Positions 24,505-38,246 are shown, numbered from the stretch's first letter. The stretch: DNA of 64,000 bases from Chrysomallon squamiferum (GCA_012295275.1 CM022672.1:3658001-3722000); one strand, 5' to 3'. Program-made: numbers and translations. The notes: generated by a model not told the origin, from the letters alone.

Positions 24505-27500
24505 TTTTTTTTTCAGCCTCTTTAAACTTTATTATTTTATCCCTGTGAAGAAGATTAAAGTCCTTAAATGAAATGATGGAATTTTAATGACTTTTTTTCA
24601 CCTCAAAATGATTTTTTTTTTCATCTGTAGCTTAAACCAAATCCATGCTAACAATAAAACAAATTAATATGATTATAACATCAAAAATAAAGTATTTAAC
24701 AATTTGGAATACTTTTATTTTCAAAACATGCTTACCTGAACTGTTTAAAATTCTGACTTCTAATGAGGTGATGTGGAAGTTCAATCAGTTTCCGCATGTT
24801 GTAACCTCCCTTGTCAAACACCAAAGACTGCTCTGGCACTCTACGAGTTGCATTTGGATACTGACCTTTCTTGATCTTAAACAGTTCTAACGGCTTTGCC
24901 TTTTCATGCCAAACTCCCATGAAATATTCACTCATATGCGAATGTATAGAAATGCATTTGTCGGGAGGTAAAAATCTTTGTTTTGCAACTTCCCTAAACT
25001 GGCGATGATACCAGGTCAGGACAAACCAATTTCCTGATTTCTTTTGGACGATATATTCCCGGAGGTCGTCTGCGATTCTCTTCCACAGCAATGGAGGCAG
25101 ACGTATAACAGAACTGTCAGGAGGAAGATGGTAGAGGTAAGTGTCCTGAAGAACTTCATCATCCAGTGACAGCAGATCCTCCATCTCAGCATCTGAAAGA
25201 CCCTCACTGGCAGCACACAGATAGCCTACATAATAACAGAAGTATTAGAACTAGTAGTAGTAGTAGTAATAATAATAGTAATAATAATGATAATAATAAT
25301 AATAATAAATGTAATAATAATAATAATATTAACAGTTGTAGTAGTAGTAGCAGCAGCAGCAGCAGTACTTTTAATATTAATAATAATGGTAGTAGTAGTT
25401 GTAGCAATAACATTTATAATAATGGGTAGATCTAATTCAAAATAACCAATTTCTTGATAAATTGAAAAGGGAATTAAAACACACACATATATATATATAT
25501 ATATAGAAATTACTTACTTAAAGCATGAGTGACGAGGATATCACCATGGTTGTGTTCCAGTTTGTCAAATAAGTGGTTAATGGCGTCTTCAACTGTTTCT
25601 CCAATGTGGACATCACTGAGTTGTGTGTAGGAGGTCCAGGTCAAGCCCTCGTCCACTATCAGCTTGAGAAACAGTGGCTGCGGATGTTTCACAAACATCT
25701 TCAACAAACCATCAGTCTGCTGTCTCGTTAGGCAGCGGTTGCTATGGTTACACAGCATTTTGATCACTTCAGCAGCGTCCTCTGGTGAAAAGTCACTCAG
25801 TTCTACATACTGATCGGGAAACGGAAATGAGGCTTTGGAGTTGTGTAGACAGTTATGGATGGCGGGTAACATTGAAATCACCATGGAAACATTTGGAGGT
25901 AGTTTCTTCGGTATCCACGACATCGAGTGTGCATGATCGCTTGGATGAAGCTGATCAACGGAATCGAGAATGATGATCAGCGGATGAGTCTGAGTGTCAA
26001 TTTTCCACAGCAGAGAGTGAAACACAGACACAAGGAACTGGAATTCAGACTCGAGGTCAATATAACTGGGAATGCAGACGTTGTACAGTTTTGAAATGTG
26101 ATGACAAAGACCTATTAGGATGTCTCTGATGTAAATGCACTGAGGAGAGGTTCCCAGGTATCTCATAACACAGAACGAGTCTGGCATCCATTCGGCTGAC
26201 TTCTTACCTACTTCAGACATCAAAGCTGTCTTGCCACTTCCAGAACAGCCATGCACAATAACAGGTCTTCTGAACTGTGGCATCTGAGGCAAACGAATGA
26301 ACTGAAGTTGTGGATTTTTTCTAGGATCGGATTCAACATCGTCATAGGCATCTCCATAGTGGAATTTTACTCCAAGGCTTTTACACTTTTTAGCTACAGC
26401 CTTGTGTTCTTTTTTAAGTTGTTTGCTACGACTTTCATCATCATCATCACATTCGTCATCATCATCATCATCATTTTCTTCTTCTTTTTCACTAGATGTA
26501 TGGCTCCTCTCTGTTTTCTCTCCTTCCTCTTTCTCAGGATCTTCAGTAGGAGAAGGTTCAGAAAACAAACACAAGGATTTTTCTCGAATTAGTTCAAGTT
26601 CTGCTTCACGACCGTAGAATATTTTACATTTGTCCACGCAGAAGTACAGATTCCTTAGAACTTCGAAGTATAATTCATCCTTAGAAACCCGAGACTCTGC
26701 AGCCAGACATTTGTTGATTTTATCCAGCATTGTTTGCTGGAAGGTTTCACACAGGTTTGTCAAGTAGTCTTTGTGGTAAAGTGGGTTGACGCCTTTGTCA
26801 GTCCAGGGAATGGTGCTTTTGAATATCTGATCGGCTGGTAGAGCCTTCGGAACTTTCTCATTTTGCAGTTTGTCTCTTTGTTCTTTTGCCAACAAATCAA
26901 TCTCTTGTGATTCTGTGAGGTCTATATATCTTCCTTAGAAAATAATAACAATAATAATAATAATAATGATGATGATGATGAGGAGATGATGAAAATATTA
27001 ATAATAATGGTAATGATAATGATATGTTAATAATAATAATTATGATGATGATGATGATGATGACAAACTATGTTTAAAACAGAAAAAGGCTATATCATCA
27101 CTATAAAATCTATTGGTCAGATTCAGAAAAAGGCTCATCATCATTGTTGTCAGAGCAGCATCCAGTATAAAATCTATTATATTATTTAATAATCAATAAA
27201 ACAAAAACAGAGGGTATGTGCATATGCTGCAAACCATCTAGATCCTGCCTTCTTTAATCTTTGCAAGATAATTAATTGTTATCAGTAGTAAAAGGTTATA
27301 TACCTGCAAGTTTATCCTGAAGATCGATGCTGGTGAAGTTTCTCTGAAAACAGAAAACTTTGTCAGGGGTAGAAGCTTCAAGAGCTCCAGCACGTATCTC
27401 CATTTCAGTGACTAGAAATTAAAAAAAATACAAAAATAAAAACCCCTAATGAACATCAGTTTATATAAATAAATATCTATTTTAATAGTCCAAGAAAGGT

Positions 27501-28912
27501 TCCAAATAATCAAAACAAAAATTAAATCATGGATATATCTATAATGACTATTTGAATAATGGTAGAAGCAGATGATATCCAGGCATTGTACTCATCTGAT
27601 GAAAATGTTAAAGGTCAAACAGAGATTCTATTACATATTATATTCTGTCCACCAAAGTTGTCACTGTAGTTTCTCAAAATTTACTTATTTTATTTTGGCC
27701 ATTCATCCATCCAGATAAGTTAATTAGATGTAGTCAGATCATCTATTTGTCCATCTGTCCATCATCTATCAGTTAAAACAATTCCAAAATGTTTGGGTCA
27801 ACCCTTGCATTGTATAATTCTAAATAAGCAACACTTGTGTTAATTCTAAATAACCATCCTTGCACCATTAAAACATAACACAGATCTATGACTCAGTCAA
27901 CATGATACTTTCTGTTTAATAATAATTTTTCTTAAGTAGAAGTCTCAGTGTGGATTACCTGACTCAAAGTATTTCTCGTATTGTTGGAGATTTATTTTTT
28001 TCTTGCTGAATGCTTCTTTAGCCAGATGTTGTAATATACTGAGTAGCTGTTTTTCTGTTCTTTGCCAGTCTTCTCTTGCCTATAATATACAATTATTAAA
28101 AAAAGTTTTAAAAAAACAAGTAAACAAAAATTAAAAAGAGAGGAAGGAATGATATTTAAAAACTCACTCAACACATCTATAAACCTCTGTGATGATAATA
28201 CATATGCACAGAGATAATGAGATGAGGAAATACACTGCCTTCACTTTCTGCATAAATTAAATATTTCAGTAACATTTTCTCACAACTGGTAACTATTAAT
28301 GTCTGTAAAACTGAAACCACACTTTTATTGTTCTAGCTTATTTGAATAATGACCGAAACTGTTTCAACTTAATAAGTTGGCACTGAATATATTTTATCAT
28401 CATCTTTATAAACACTGTTGTATGTACACTGGAGTATATTTATCATCATTTGATGATTATGGCCTTAAAGTCAATGATTTTAAAAGAAAAGTTTTACTGA
28501 ATCTTTATGTTCATCATCACTTGTTCCTGTCTGGCTCATTAAAAAAATTAAATAATCAGAATTAAAAATTGTTCTGTTACAAATTAAAGACAATATAGTT
28601 TAGTAGCCTAACATTAACAGTTACCTTTTCATGCTCTTTCTGTTTATTGGCTTGTAGATTATTGTAGTCTGGGTAGTATTTTGTGATTGGCTGAAGATGA
28701 TAGACTGGTGGCTCTGAATTCATATCCAACACATACCATTTTTCCAGTAGACTGAGGTCCATGTCTAGTGCACAGATCTTTAAAGTTTTGAACTCTGATG
28801 ATTTGATTTGTGTTGGCAGCATGTGGGAGCCATACCTGTCTCCCAGAAACATCTAGAAAAATAAATTTAATCTTTGAACAAATTCATGACTCACCTTCTG
28901 CTACTGCCACTG

Positions 28913-28954
<42 letters not shown>

Positions 28955-29939
28955 GTACTAGTACTATTTCCATGCTGCTACTATGATTACAACAATTGCT
29001 ACTACTACCACCATTACTATTTTTACTATTATTATTTTTACAACCACTACATTGTTATTACTACTAGTACCGTAGCTACACCTATAACCACTTTTAACAT
29101 GACTGTATCTACCATAATAATTACTACTACTACTACTACTATTAATGTTACTTATAATAATAATAACAGGTGGATGGATATATAGATGGGCAGTCAGATT
29201 AAATAGACCGACAAACAGACAGACAGATCAATTCATGAAGAAGAAAAAAGACTGACACACAGATGTATGGAAAGACAGATAAATAGATAAAATAAGAAAT
29301 TCTACAAACCACAAAGTTAGGTCCTGCAGACAGCGTCTGACACTGTTTGATTTCTCGTAGCAGTAAGTCTGATGTCGTCTGGTCCACCTGAGCCTCATCT
29401 CGAACTCCCCACCTCATGTCCACCACCTACACAGTATCCACCAAATCAATATACACATGTTTTATCTACGTTTTTGTGTTTCTGTCTGTCTGTGCGTGAA
29501 TGTATGCAAACGTTTATCAAATAAAATTAAAAAAATATATAATCAAACTTTTCTGTCAAAAAAATATCAGTTAAAATAAGCCTAGTTCACTATAAAATAG
29601 TTTTTTGTGAGATGTGTGTGTTTGTGTGCAAGCGCGAGAGCGCGCGCGCGCGCGTGTGTAAAATGTGCTTCTTTCAGTAAATGTATAGGTAGAAATATAT
29701 AAAAGTGAGAGACAAGAAAAAATTCAAGTATGTGCATCAAAAGATAAAATTAAATAATAAAAAGTAATACATGTAGTTTATAAAAATTGCTACTGTCATA
29801 AATTCTGCAGATTTGCTGTCTTTGTGTATGTCATAGATCTACATACCTCAAATTCATAACCTTGTTGTTTGCATATTTCTGTTAAATAGGGTATTACATC
29901 TTTCATTAGTGTGTTTCTTTCTACTGCCATATCTGTAAC

Positions 29940-29978
<39 letters not shown>

Positions 29979-30299
29979 TTTTGTTTTTAAATTCACTGTC
30001 TATGTTTAATTATATTTGCAGTATTGTGTAGTTGCTGAATGTTTTACTGTAGTAAGTAATAATTTTGATGATGTAATAAACAGTAATCAATGGTTGTATA
30101 ATATTTGTTAACAACGTTAATATCACTGGAGTAAAAGAAATCATGATTTTTCTGATGGAAGCAATGTTAATTTTGTTTTATCAGTAGTAATAGCTATAGT
30201 AGGAATAATAAATGTAGTATGTATAACAAATATAGTGGTGTCACTGGTGGTAATGGGATTAGTAACAGTTGTAGTAGTAGTAATTTTCTAGTTTATTTT

Positions 30300-30347
<48 letters not shown>

Positions 30348-31731
30348 AGTAAGTTAATTATTAGACATTTATTACTGTTTCTGTGCATACTAGAATATAT
30401 TTATTGTTAAGTATTGAAAATATGGTACCTCTAGAATGTATCGATGTTATTTACATTAATTCCTCTTTATACGTCGTTAAGTTATTCATCATCTTTTCAT
30501 GACATACCAAAGAATCCCTGTAATTTTATACCTGTTTTTACTTATTTGTTTAAACTATTACTCCAGTCGTTTCTTCCATGAATATTTAATTTTGTGGAAT
30601 AGAAATTTTGGGAATAAACCAATAAATCAGCTTATTTTCTCACATTTATTTATTTTTATTTTGTTTCATTTGCAGTAAGTAAATAGCTTAAATGTATGTA
30701 AAAGAATTTCGATATCGCTATTCAAGAAGAACAACTCCGTCAACTTTCAAGAAAACTATTTGTTAACTGGATTATCTCCCGTAATCAGCGCCCCGACCGG
30801 AAATAAATGACGTAAATGGCGTTAATCTGTTTTCTATAGAAAACCACTTTGTAAAGGGAACAGACACAGAATAATCACTTTTGTATGCTATTCAGTTAAC
30901 ACATTTATATCGAATCTTTTGGACCAGTGAAAAGAAATAATGGCTTACTGTCTCTGAACTTGATGTTATGTAAGTATCACTGCTCCCGAAAGCGAATTGT
31001 TTACTTAAGTTAATCGATATCGACAGCATAAAATACCAGTAGGAACCCATTATATAGTTCAGTGGTTTGATCAGTTGCACAATGTGTAATTGAATTTGAG
31101 TTATTTTACATTCCAGCGTACCTCTTCTGTCATATTATTATTATTATTATTAACTTTTTTTATGAATATGTGAAAATGTAAATTAAAAAGCCGCTTGGTG
31201 CTGAACTGTTAAGCTTAAGGTAACAACGCAGACGTGGTTGTGATCCTCCACTCACAGCATCATTGTTACAAATAAAATATAAAAAATGTGGATGTTAACT
31301 AATAATCGCTGATCTTAAAATTGTTAAATTATTATTGCTAGAATGTATTTACTGATTCGTTAAAAAAAAAAAAAAAAAAATCAGTATATTTCTAATTATA
31401 AATTACATGGATATTTAACGTGCATTATTTAGCATTTATGTAGTTATTGAACAAATATTTTTTTACGAAACATAGTCGTGCATTATTTATAAACGAAGCA
31501 TATACATTTCTCTTTACATTTGTTTTTGTTTACGAAACTGTGGAGATACCTGATTAATATCGAAAGTCTACCTGTGAACGTTGAACTGAAAAACACTCTG
31601 ATTTGTGACGATTTTGAAGCAGGCAGGTTTTTAGGCCTTCCCTCCAGTACACTTCTCATCTCCGGCGACATGGTGATTGCTGGCAGCGGCTTCAGGGAAT
31701 CCATTTTGTTTTCACTGTATCGCACCGCCAT
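17972..31731 (-). CDS. NACHT and WD40-repeat STAND NTPase (NWD1/NWD2-like): DUF4062 N-domain, NACHT, helical domain, WD40 propellers; ~1820 aa, 17 exons
   Basis: Exons (minus strand): 31731-31572, 29932-29847, 29426-29310, 28852-28625, 28079-27959, 27411-27304, 26933-25518, 25225-24736, 24313-24115, 23591-23414, 22729-22540, 22349-22189, 21664-20731, 20261-20074, 19690-19568, 19251-19181, 18664-17972. All GT-AG, phases consistent, 5463 nt. Motifs: IRVFFSSTFTDMAVERN and VDMRWGVR (DUF4062); FYGRE; Walker A GCSGSGKT; RYLGTS; Walker B IIILDSVD; PLFLKL; EDLLSLDDEVL; RLPPLLW; WYHRQF; WD repeats GHSQGV..SAAEDNSIKLWN and TSGRDKMIVIWN. Confidence 0.93.
30797..30821. promoter_or_regulatory. Cluster of ETS-, CRE- and YY1-like motifs in intron 1 of the NACHT-WD40 gene
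   Basis: ccggaaat (30797), tgacgtaa (30808) and aaatggcg (30814) within 25 bp in a CpG-containing patch. Motif match only. Confidence 0.3.
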
Positions 31732-32978
31732 GTCCTGTCTTGTTTGCCTACCAGAAATACACCCATTCAAGCCTAACAACGCGTACAGTGAGAATAACAA
31801 GGAGAATAAATACAGGTCGCTATAGAACTTTCAGTCTCTTGTCATGCTTTGCCAGGAGCAGATCAACCATACAATATTAATCGTAGATATCGACATCAAT
31901 ACGGGACAAGGTGTAGGTGTGTAAAATTAATTTTTGGCGTCATTCTGACTATAATTATTTACGTACATACTGACCATCAGTTACACATCCAAATACAGAT
32001 GCACATGCGCGCGCGTGCACACACACACACACACACAAGAAGAAGAAGAAAGACAAAAACGTGTAGATTATCATTTTTAATTCAGTCTGTCATGTATAAC
32101 ACATTTTCATAATTAATAAATCCATTTTTCCTTCTTAAACCAACTATTAATAACTTCATAATCATTAGTATTATTTTGAAGAAGTAGGTTTAATATTATA
32201 TTTGTATCCAGGACACGAATATTTGCACGTATTTACGTGTAGACACTAATTGCTATCGTCAGTCGAGTTTATTTAGAGAATTATATTGATATGTAACTCT
32301 GATGTCGCAAACAATTAGTCAATGATTTTTTTTTTTTTTTTTTTTTTTTAATGCTTTCAAGGATTTTGCACTTATTAATTTTATTATTATTTTTGCTGTT
32401 GTCTTTTTCGTTATTTATTGATTTATTAATTTATTATTTTATATTCGCTTCACTCAAATTTATTCCTATCGTGATGTTAATACATAAACAGTACATTTTG
32501 TATACTTTTAGATATTGTTTTATGATTTTTAAGCCCAATCTGTATTAAAACGTAAGTTTAACAATAATATTGAGCCTTTCCTGTGTATTCGTAACATTGT
32601 GTTTCTGAGGGGGGAAAATGTACTTCGACTATGCTAGTATTTACTCACTCGTGCTTATTTACTTAACAAACAACGAACAAACAAACAAACAGCACAATTG
32701 TCATATATGCCTATACACATAAAATAACAAGTAACAAAAGAAGTACAGCTATAGATTCAGGACTATATAAATCATGGATACGGCTCCTATTAATTAGGAT
32801 AAGATCTGTCGTGTTTCTTAAATTCTGTTCAACAGTTGGACGTTTCGTATAAAGCTTTGAATAAGCACCATTCAAAACTTCTAATTCGTCGATCCATGGT
32901 TATATATATGGTTATTCGCATCACCAAAGATACAACAACGACAACAACATCAGTAATAATAATGTAGCATTCATGTGC

Positions 32979-33878
32979 CTACGTTTTGCAGCATCCGTGC
33001 ATTCGGGTCCGAAATGCATTTCTGAGAAAAGAACACGTGATCATGATCGTAACAAAATTGCACGGCGGCCTGAGTCGCACGAGCCATGCGCCAACAAGCT
33101 CCGTAGCGTATTTGTCACACGACAAACAGGAGTGTGACAACGTATAAAAGATGTTCGGAATGCTGATGGAAATTAAAAAGATAATCATAATAGCGATGAC
33201 CAGTTTAAACACATGTCTGTCCTTCTGCATGTTCACTGTTCCAGAAGTCAGGGACGAATGGGCTTCGATTCTTCGTCTGGACTGCCTCACGAACCAGAGC
33301 ACTTTTCCGTACGCTACAGGCATAACAATAAATGCTGGAACGTACACTAATATTACCAGTCCGTACAGATAGCCGGGTGAAACGAACACGCAAACGAACT
33401 TCTTTGTGTCGTATTTCACGCCCTTGTCAAAACTAGCACAAACAAGCAGAGGAAAACTCCAAAAGACCAAGCAGAAAATTACTGTCCATTTGCGCGTGCA
33501 TAGTTTCAAACACTTGACTGGATAGCAGACGTTAATTGTCCTGAAAACTGCTATGGCTGCCATGAAGTAGACTGTTGTGGCGACAGTGCTGTTGGAAGCG
33601 TATACTTGGACATAACAGAGCACAGTGCCGAACGGTGATACTCTCGAATTCAGGATGAGTGCCGCTGCATATTGGGGTAGAGAAAACAACAGAAAAATCA
33701 GATCAGCTATTGTTATGTTGGCGGTCAAGATGAACGCTGGTTTTCGTAAAGATGGCGTCCGGAAAAGCAGAACTATGATCATAATGTTACCCGCTGTTGT
33801 TATTAAAGCCAGAATGACGAGAACTGATGATAGTGTCTTCAAACTTACAGGATCTACATCTGTGCTATTTGCAAGCAT
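32979..33878 (-). CDS. Rhodopsin-class (family A) orphan GPCR, 299 aa, single coding exon
   Basis: Seven hydrophobic segments. TM1 GN, TM2 NITIADL, TM3 Cys (LCY) with ECL2 Cys (FVCVF), TM3 end AVFRT..VCYP, TM4 W, TM5 P..Y, basic ICL3 RQSRRRI, helix 8 LRNAF then CC. N-glycosylation site NST. The ATG directly follows an acceptor (ttgtacag|ATG), implying an upstream exon. Confidence 0.92.
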   Translation of the reverse strand: MLANSTDVDPVSLKTLSSVLVILALITTAGNIMIIVLLFRTPSLRKPAFILTANITIADLIFLLFSLPQYAAALILNSRVSPFGTVLCYVQVYASNSTVATTVYFMAAIAVFRTINVCYPVKCLKLCTRKWTVIFCLVFWSFPLLVCASFDKGVKYDTKKFVCVFVSPGYLYGLVILVYVPAFIVMPVAYGKVLWFVRQSRRRIEAHSSLTSGTVNMQKDRHVFKLVIAIMIIFLISISIPNIFYTLSHSCLSCDKYATELVGAWLVRLRPPCNFVTIMITCSFLRNAFRTRMHGCCKT

Positions 33879-34506
33879 CTGTACAAAGAAAATAACAGCA
33901 TTAGATTATTAAAGTTTATACTGATAGGAACCAATAGACTAAATATAATCTATATCCGTCAAAGAAATTTTATAAGTTTTTTTTTTATAGTACTCTGTAC
34001 AAATTAGTAGATATGACTATAATTAATGGATACATTTTTATTTGCCTTATTTTTGTTTGTATATCTTCAATTTATATATTTCCGTATGTCTAAATTTGAA
34101 TTTAATTGTATCCGTGAGCCTGATCGAATTTGCTACCAGAGTGGTGAATAGATATCCAAATTGTCCGAAATCAGTTGATGGACATTTCAGATTGGTCATT
34201 TTTGTCCGATATGGTGATATGGAATACGATATATTTATATAAAATTCTGCATACGCTTATGCATAGTTATTGATATTTATTTTATAACAGACTTACTAAC
34301 ATTAAGAAAATTGGCGAGAAAAGGCGGAATTTATCGAATTGTTTTATGATATTTTACTGACACTTACTAACAGCTACCGACCTGAATAGTCCATCAGTTG
34401 ATATTGGAAATTTCAGATATTGGACTAACTAAAAATCCTCATTGAATTTCTTCAACAATCAGGAACTCACACTCTAGATTTAGAAGCCTGAATCGTGGAC
34501 TATTTA

Positions 34507-34708
34507 TAGTTTTATGTATTGTCAAAGATTGGTAAACAGAAAAACAAACAGTTATCAGAAGTATAATACATTTCTTTACGTTTGTCGTATACCATAGGCT
34601 CATTATAATTATAAAATATATGGTATACGACAAACGTAAAGAAATTTATGATACTTCTGATAACTGTTTGTTTTTCTGTATACCAATCTTTGACAATACA
34701 TAAAACTA
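34507..34708. repeat. Long inverted repeat / fold-back element (~90-bp arms, ~22-nt loop)
   Basis: 34507-34596 (tagttttatgtattgtcaaagattgg...gtttgtcgtataccata) is near-perfectly reverse-complementary to 34619-34708 (tatggtatacgacaaac...ccaatctttgacaatacataaaacta). Confidence 0.92.
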
Positions 34709-34728
34709 ACAAACCTTTCTTTCTTTCT

Positions 34729-34760
<32 letters not shown>

Positions 34761-35042
34761 GTGAAAAAACCCCATTAGGTTGACATATTTAGAAATCGCA
34801 CGACTTTAAAATTTGTATAGCTGTTCATGCATATTTCATTTGAATCTCCAAGACGAAATTACTTAAGTAATTAAAACTGAATTCAAAAACATTTAGTTTA
34901 TTATACACGTGTCATTCATTTGCTAAACAAGAAACCCAATGAAAATGAATAACGATCAATTCTTGAATGTTTCGCCGAATGCGATCAGAGTATCAGCTTT
35001 AAACTTTTTTCTTAAATTCTTTTTTTACACCGTTTTATTATT

Positions 35043-35099
<57 letters not shown>

Positions 35100-35538
35100 T
35101 ACTAATAACGTCAGTAATTATAACTGGCATCTTCATATTGTTTAGTACTTAATAGTTGTTTGAAACTAGACTAGTCGAATTTTTCATTCTGTTTTTGATT
35201 ATACTTCAAATAAAAGGTAAATCTTTTTATTTTATTTATTTTATTTTTGTTCGATTGTAATCGGACATATGTAGTAAATTATTTCCTTCAGTTTTACTAA
35301 ATATTAAGTATTCTGTAAAATCATCAATTTAATTATTTATTTTATTTTATTTTATTTTATTTTATTTTATTTTATTTTATTTTATTACTTATTTATTTAT
35401 CTAAAAGCACATGCAATTTCTCTTTCAATCGAATTAGGGCACTATAAAATGTTCGAACATTCTTGAATCTTCTTCATAAATGTGGATATAACGTATTATA
35501 TATGTATGTTTTTGTGTGTGTGTGTGTGTGTGCATGTG

Positions 35539-35569
<31 letters not shown>

Positions 35570-36204
35570 TCTTGTATCCATCCACATATAGAAACATTCT
35601 TAAATAAAACGTATGAAGAATAACAGCTTACCTTGACGAAACGAAACCGGCGTAAACACACTTGAAAACTTGATGCTTACCTTTGTTTTGTTTTTTTGAC
35701 TGCGTTATCACTTTCTTTATATGCAATTACCCGTCACGTGATCTAAAAGGTGGAATGATCATTGGTTATACGGATAATGACATAAATTGTCAATTAAAAT
35801 ATAACAATTTATTGGCCAGCACAAAATGTGTTGATTAAAGAGAACAATCCAACTCTTCTGTACACTAAATAATTTATAATGTACTTTTTTTTTTTTTTTT
35901 TTTTTTTTGAGATTAACTAAAATTCTTTAAAAGATAAACCAATTATCGCTACCTTGGACATTATGATTAGCTGATTAAAGTTCAAATGACATATTCTAAT
36001 CGATACCTTATACAGATGCAAAGAATGTTTGTAAAAATTTAATTACCGGATATATTGCATATTTTATTTATATATAAAAAATTAAGCTCAGGATTTTTCT
36101 GTTTTCTCGCGAACAGATGTAGATGTAGAATAAAGAGGAATACATATTCGCTTTTAGTATGATTTTAATAATCTTGTAACCAAAGAAAATCGCTCACACA
36201 CACA

Positions 36205-36238
<34 letters not shown>

Positions 36239-37184
36239 CACACTCACAATGAAATGAAATAAACTGATGATGAATAAAAAAAGATACGAAGAATAATAAA
36301 CAAACTAAAATTATTCAAAATAAAAAGATTAACGATTTACATTTCGATATAGTTTCAGATATATTGAATGATACATAAACCAAAAATAACTAATTTGACA
36401 AGTTATATTTTACACAAAGCTTCGTCAAAAATTAGCTTAGTTGTCTTGAGTTTCTGACGTGTCAGACTAAAAGGGCAATAATTAGTAAGAGATTCGATTT
36501 GTAAAACGGATCGCACAAGCGTTCAATTTAAATAAAACAGAATTAATTTATCTATTAACGACTCTGTGGATCTTGTAAAGAAGTGAATGTTTCTGTCAGT
36601 CTTGATGATTAATCGTTTGCAAATTTCAGAATCCATGTTGTATGCTTATCAATAAAGCAACCACAACAGTGACAGCAGTAATGTGGACAATGTCATCATT
36701 AACAACAACAGAAACAAAACGACAGTGACTGATGCGGTAATGATTAACGCCATCGTCGTAAAAAGTAATAAAAGAAACAGCAGTAAAAACAATAACAACG
36801 ATGACTGTACTGTGACGACAATATTATAAGAATCAGGAACTACAACGATAAAAACCATGGTTATATCATTTACCATCACCACCACCACAACAACAACTAC
36901 TACTACTATGATATTAAGATCACTGTAACTACCACCACTACTATTACCATTAACACTACTACTTCTACTACTGCAACAACATGCAGTAGTTATTTGGATA
37001 GCGTCAGTGATCAGTATTGTTGCCACTATTTTAGTCAGCCTGTAATAAACAACCATTAATAGTAGAAACATGATGTCTATTTTGATGATGATTTTAATAA
37101 AATCTGAAATGTTGGCAGAATTATTATTATTATATCATTATAGGAACAAGAAACAACACCTCCATAATGGTAACAAGAACAATA

Positions 37185-37189
<5 letters not shown>

Positions 37190-37263
<74 letters not shown>

Positions 37264-37303
37264 CATGTCAAAAATGAAAGTTTATCATGATATATTTATA
37301 TAT

Positions 37304-37341
<38 letters not shown>

Positions 37342-37728
37342 AAAAAAAAAATTACTAACGAAGAACATTAAGTTTTAAATTATTCTAGAAAATTCTTCTT
37401 TACTTTTTGCATTAATACTGCTAAGGCAAACAGAAGAAAAGAAATATTCTATTGTTTATTTTATGATACCGATTTCCTTTTCTTTTTTGACGTGATATTG
37501 ATTATTTGAAAAAATACAATAGACGCGGAGAGTTATATAAAAAATTGTACGAGAATGACATTTAGCTGGCCTTGGAGTGAATGCATATATGTTTAAAGCA
37601 TTAAATAGATATATTTTTTGAACAAATAAAAATTAAGAAGATCATTATTCGGAGCATTTTAATGTTTATATATTTAGGACACAAGTAATTACAAAGCATG
37701 TAAGTTGTCTGATTTAAAAGCATTTTTC

Positions 37729-37816
<88 letters not shown>

Positions 37817-38215
37817 TTCTCTCTCTCTCTTGCTATGTTAAAAATGAAAATTTCATCTAACAAAAATTAAACAGAAAAAAGGTATTTTTTCATGATATAC
37901 ATATAATTTTAAAAAAATATACTATTAATTGTTGGTAATAAGAATATCATTTAAAAATCAGAATTAATGTAGAATTCTATTTGCTTTCAAAGAAATAAAA
38001 TAGTAATAAAAAAATAATAATAATAAAATAAACAAATAAATAAATGCAACGGAAATAAAGAAAAGAAAACAAAAAAATATATTTCTAACAAAGAACATTA
38101 AGTTTTTAATTTTTCTAGAAGATTCTTCGTTACTTTTTACATTAATACTTCGAGGGTAAACAGTAGAAAAATATTCTATTGTTTATTTTATGATATCTAT
38201 TTCTTTCTTTCTTTC

Positions 38216-38246
<31 letters not shown>

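Noticed and set aside
33151-33912. Antisense ORFs over the GPCR, NACHT and NOP14 exons
   Set aside because: These are shadow ORFs expected opposite coding sequence, with no independent evidence.
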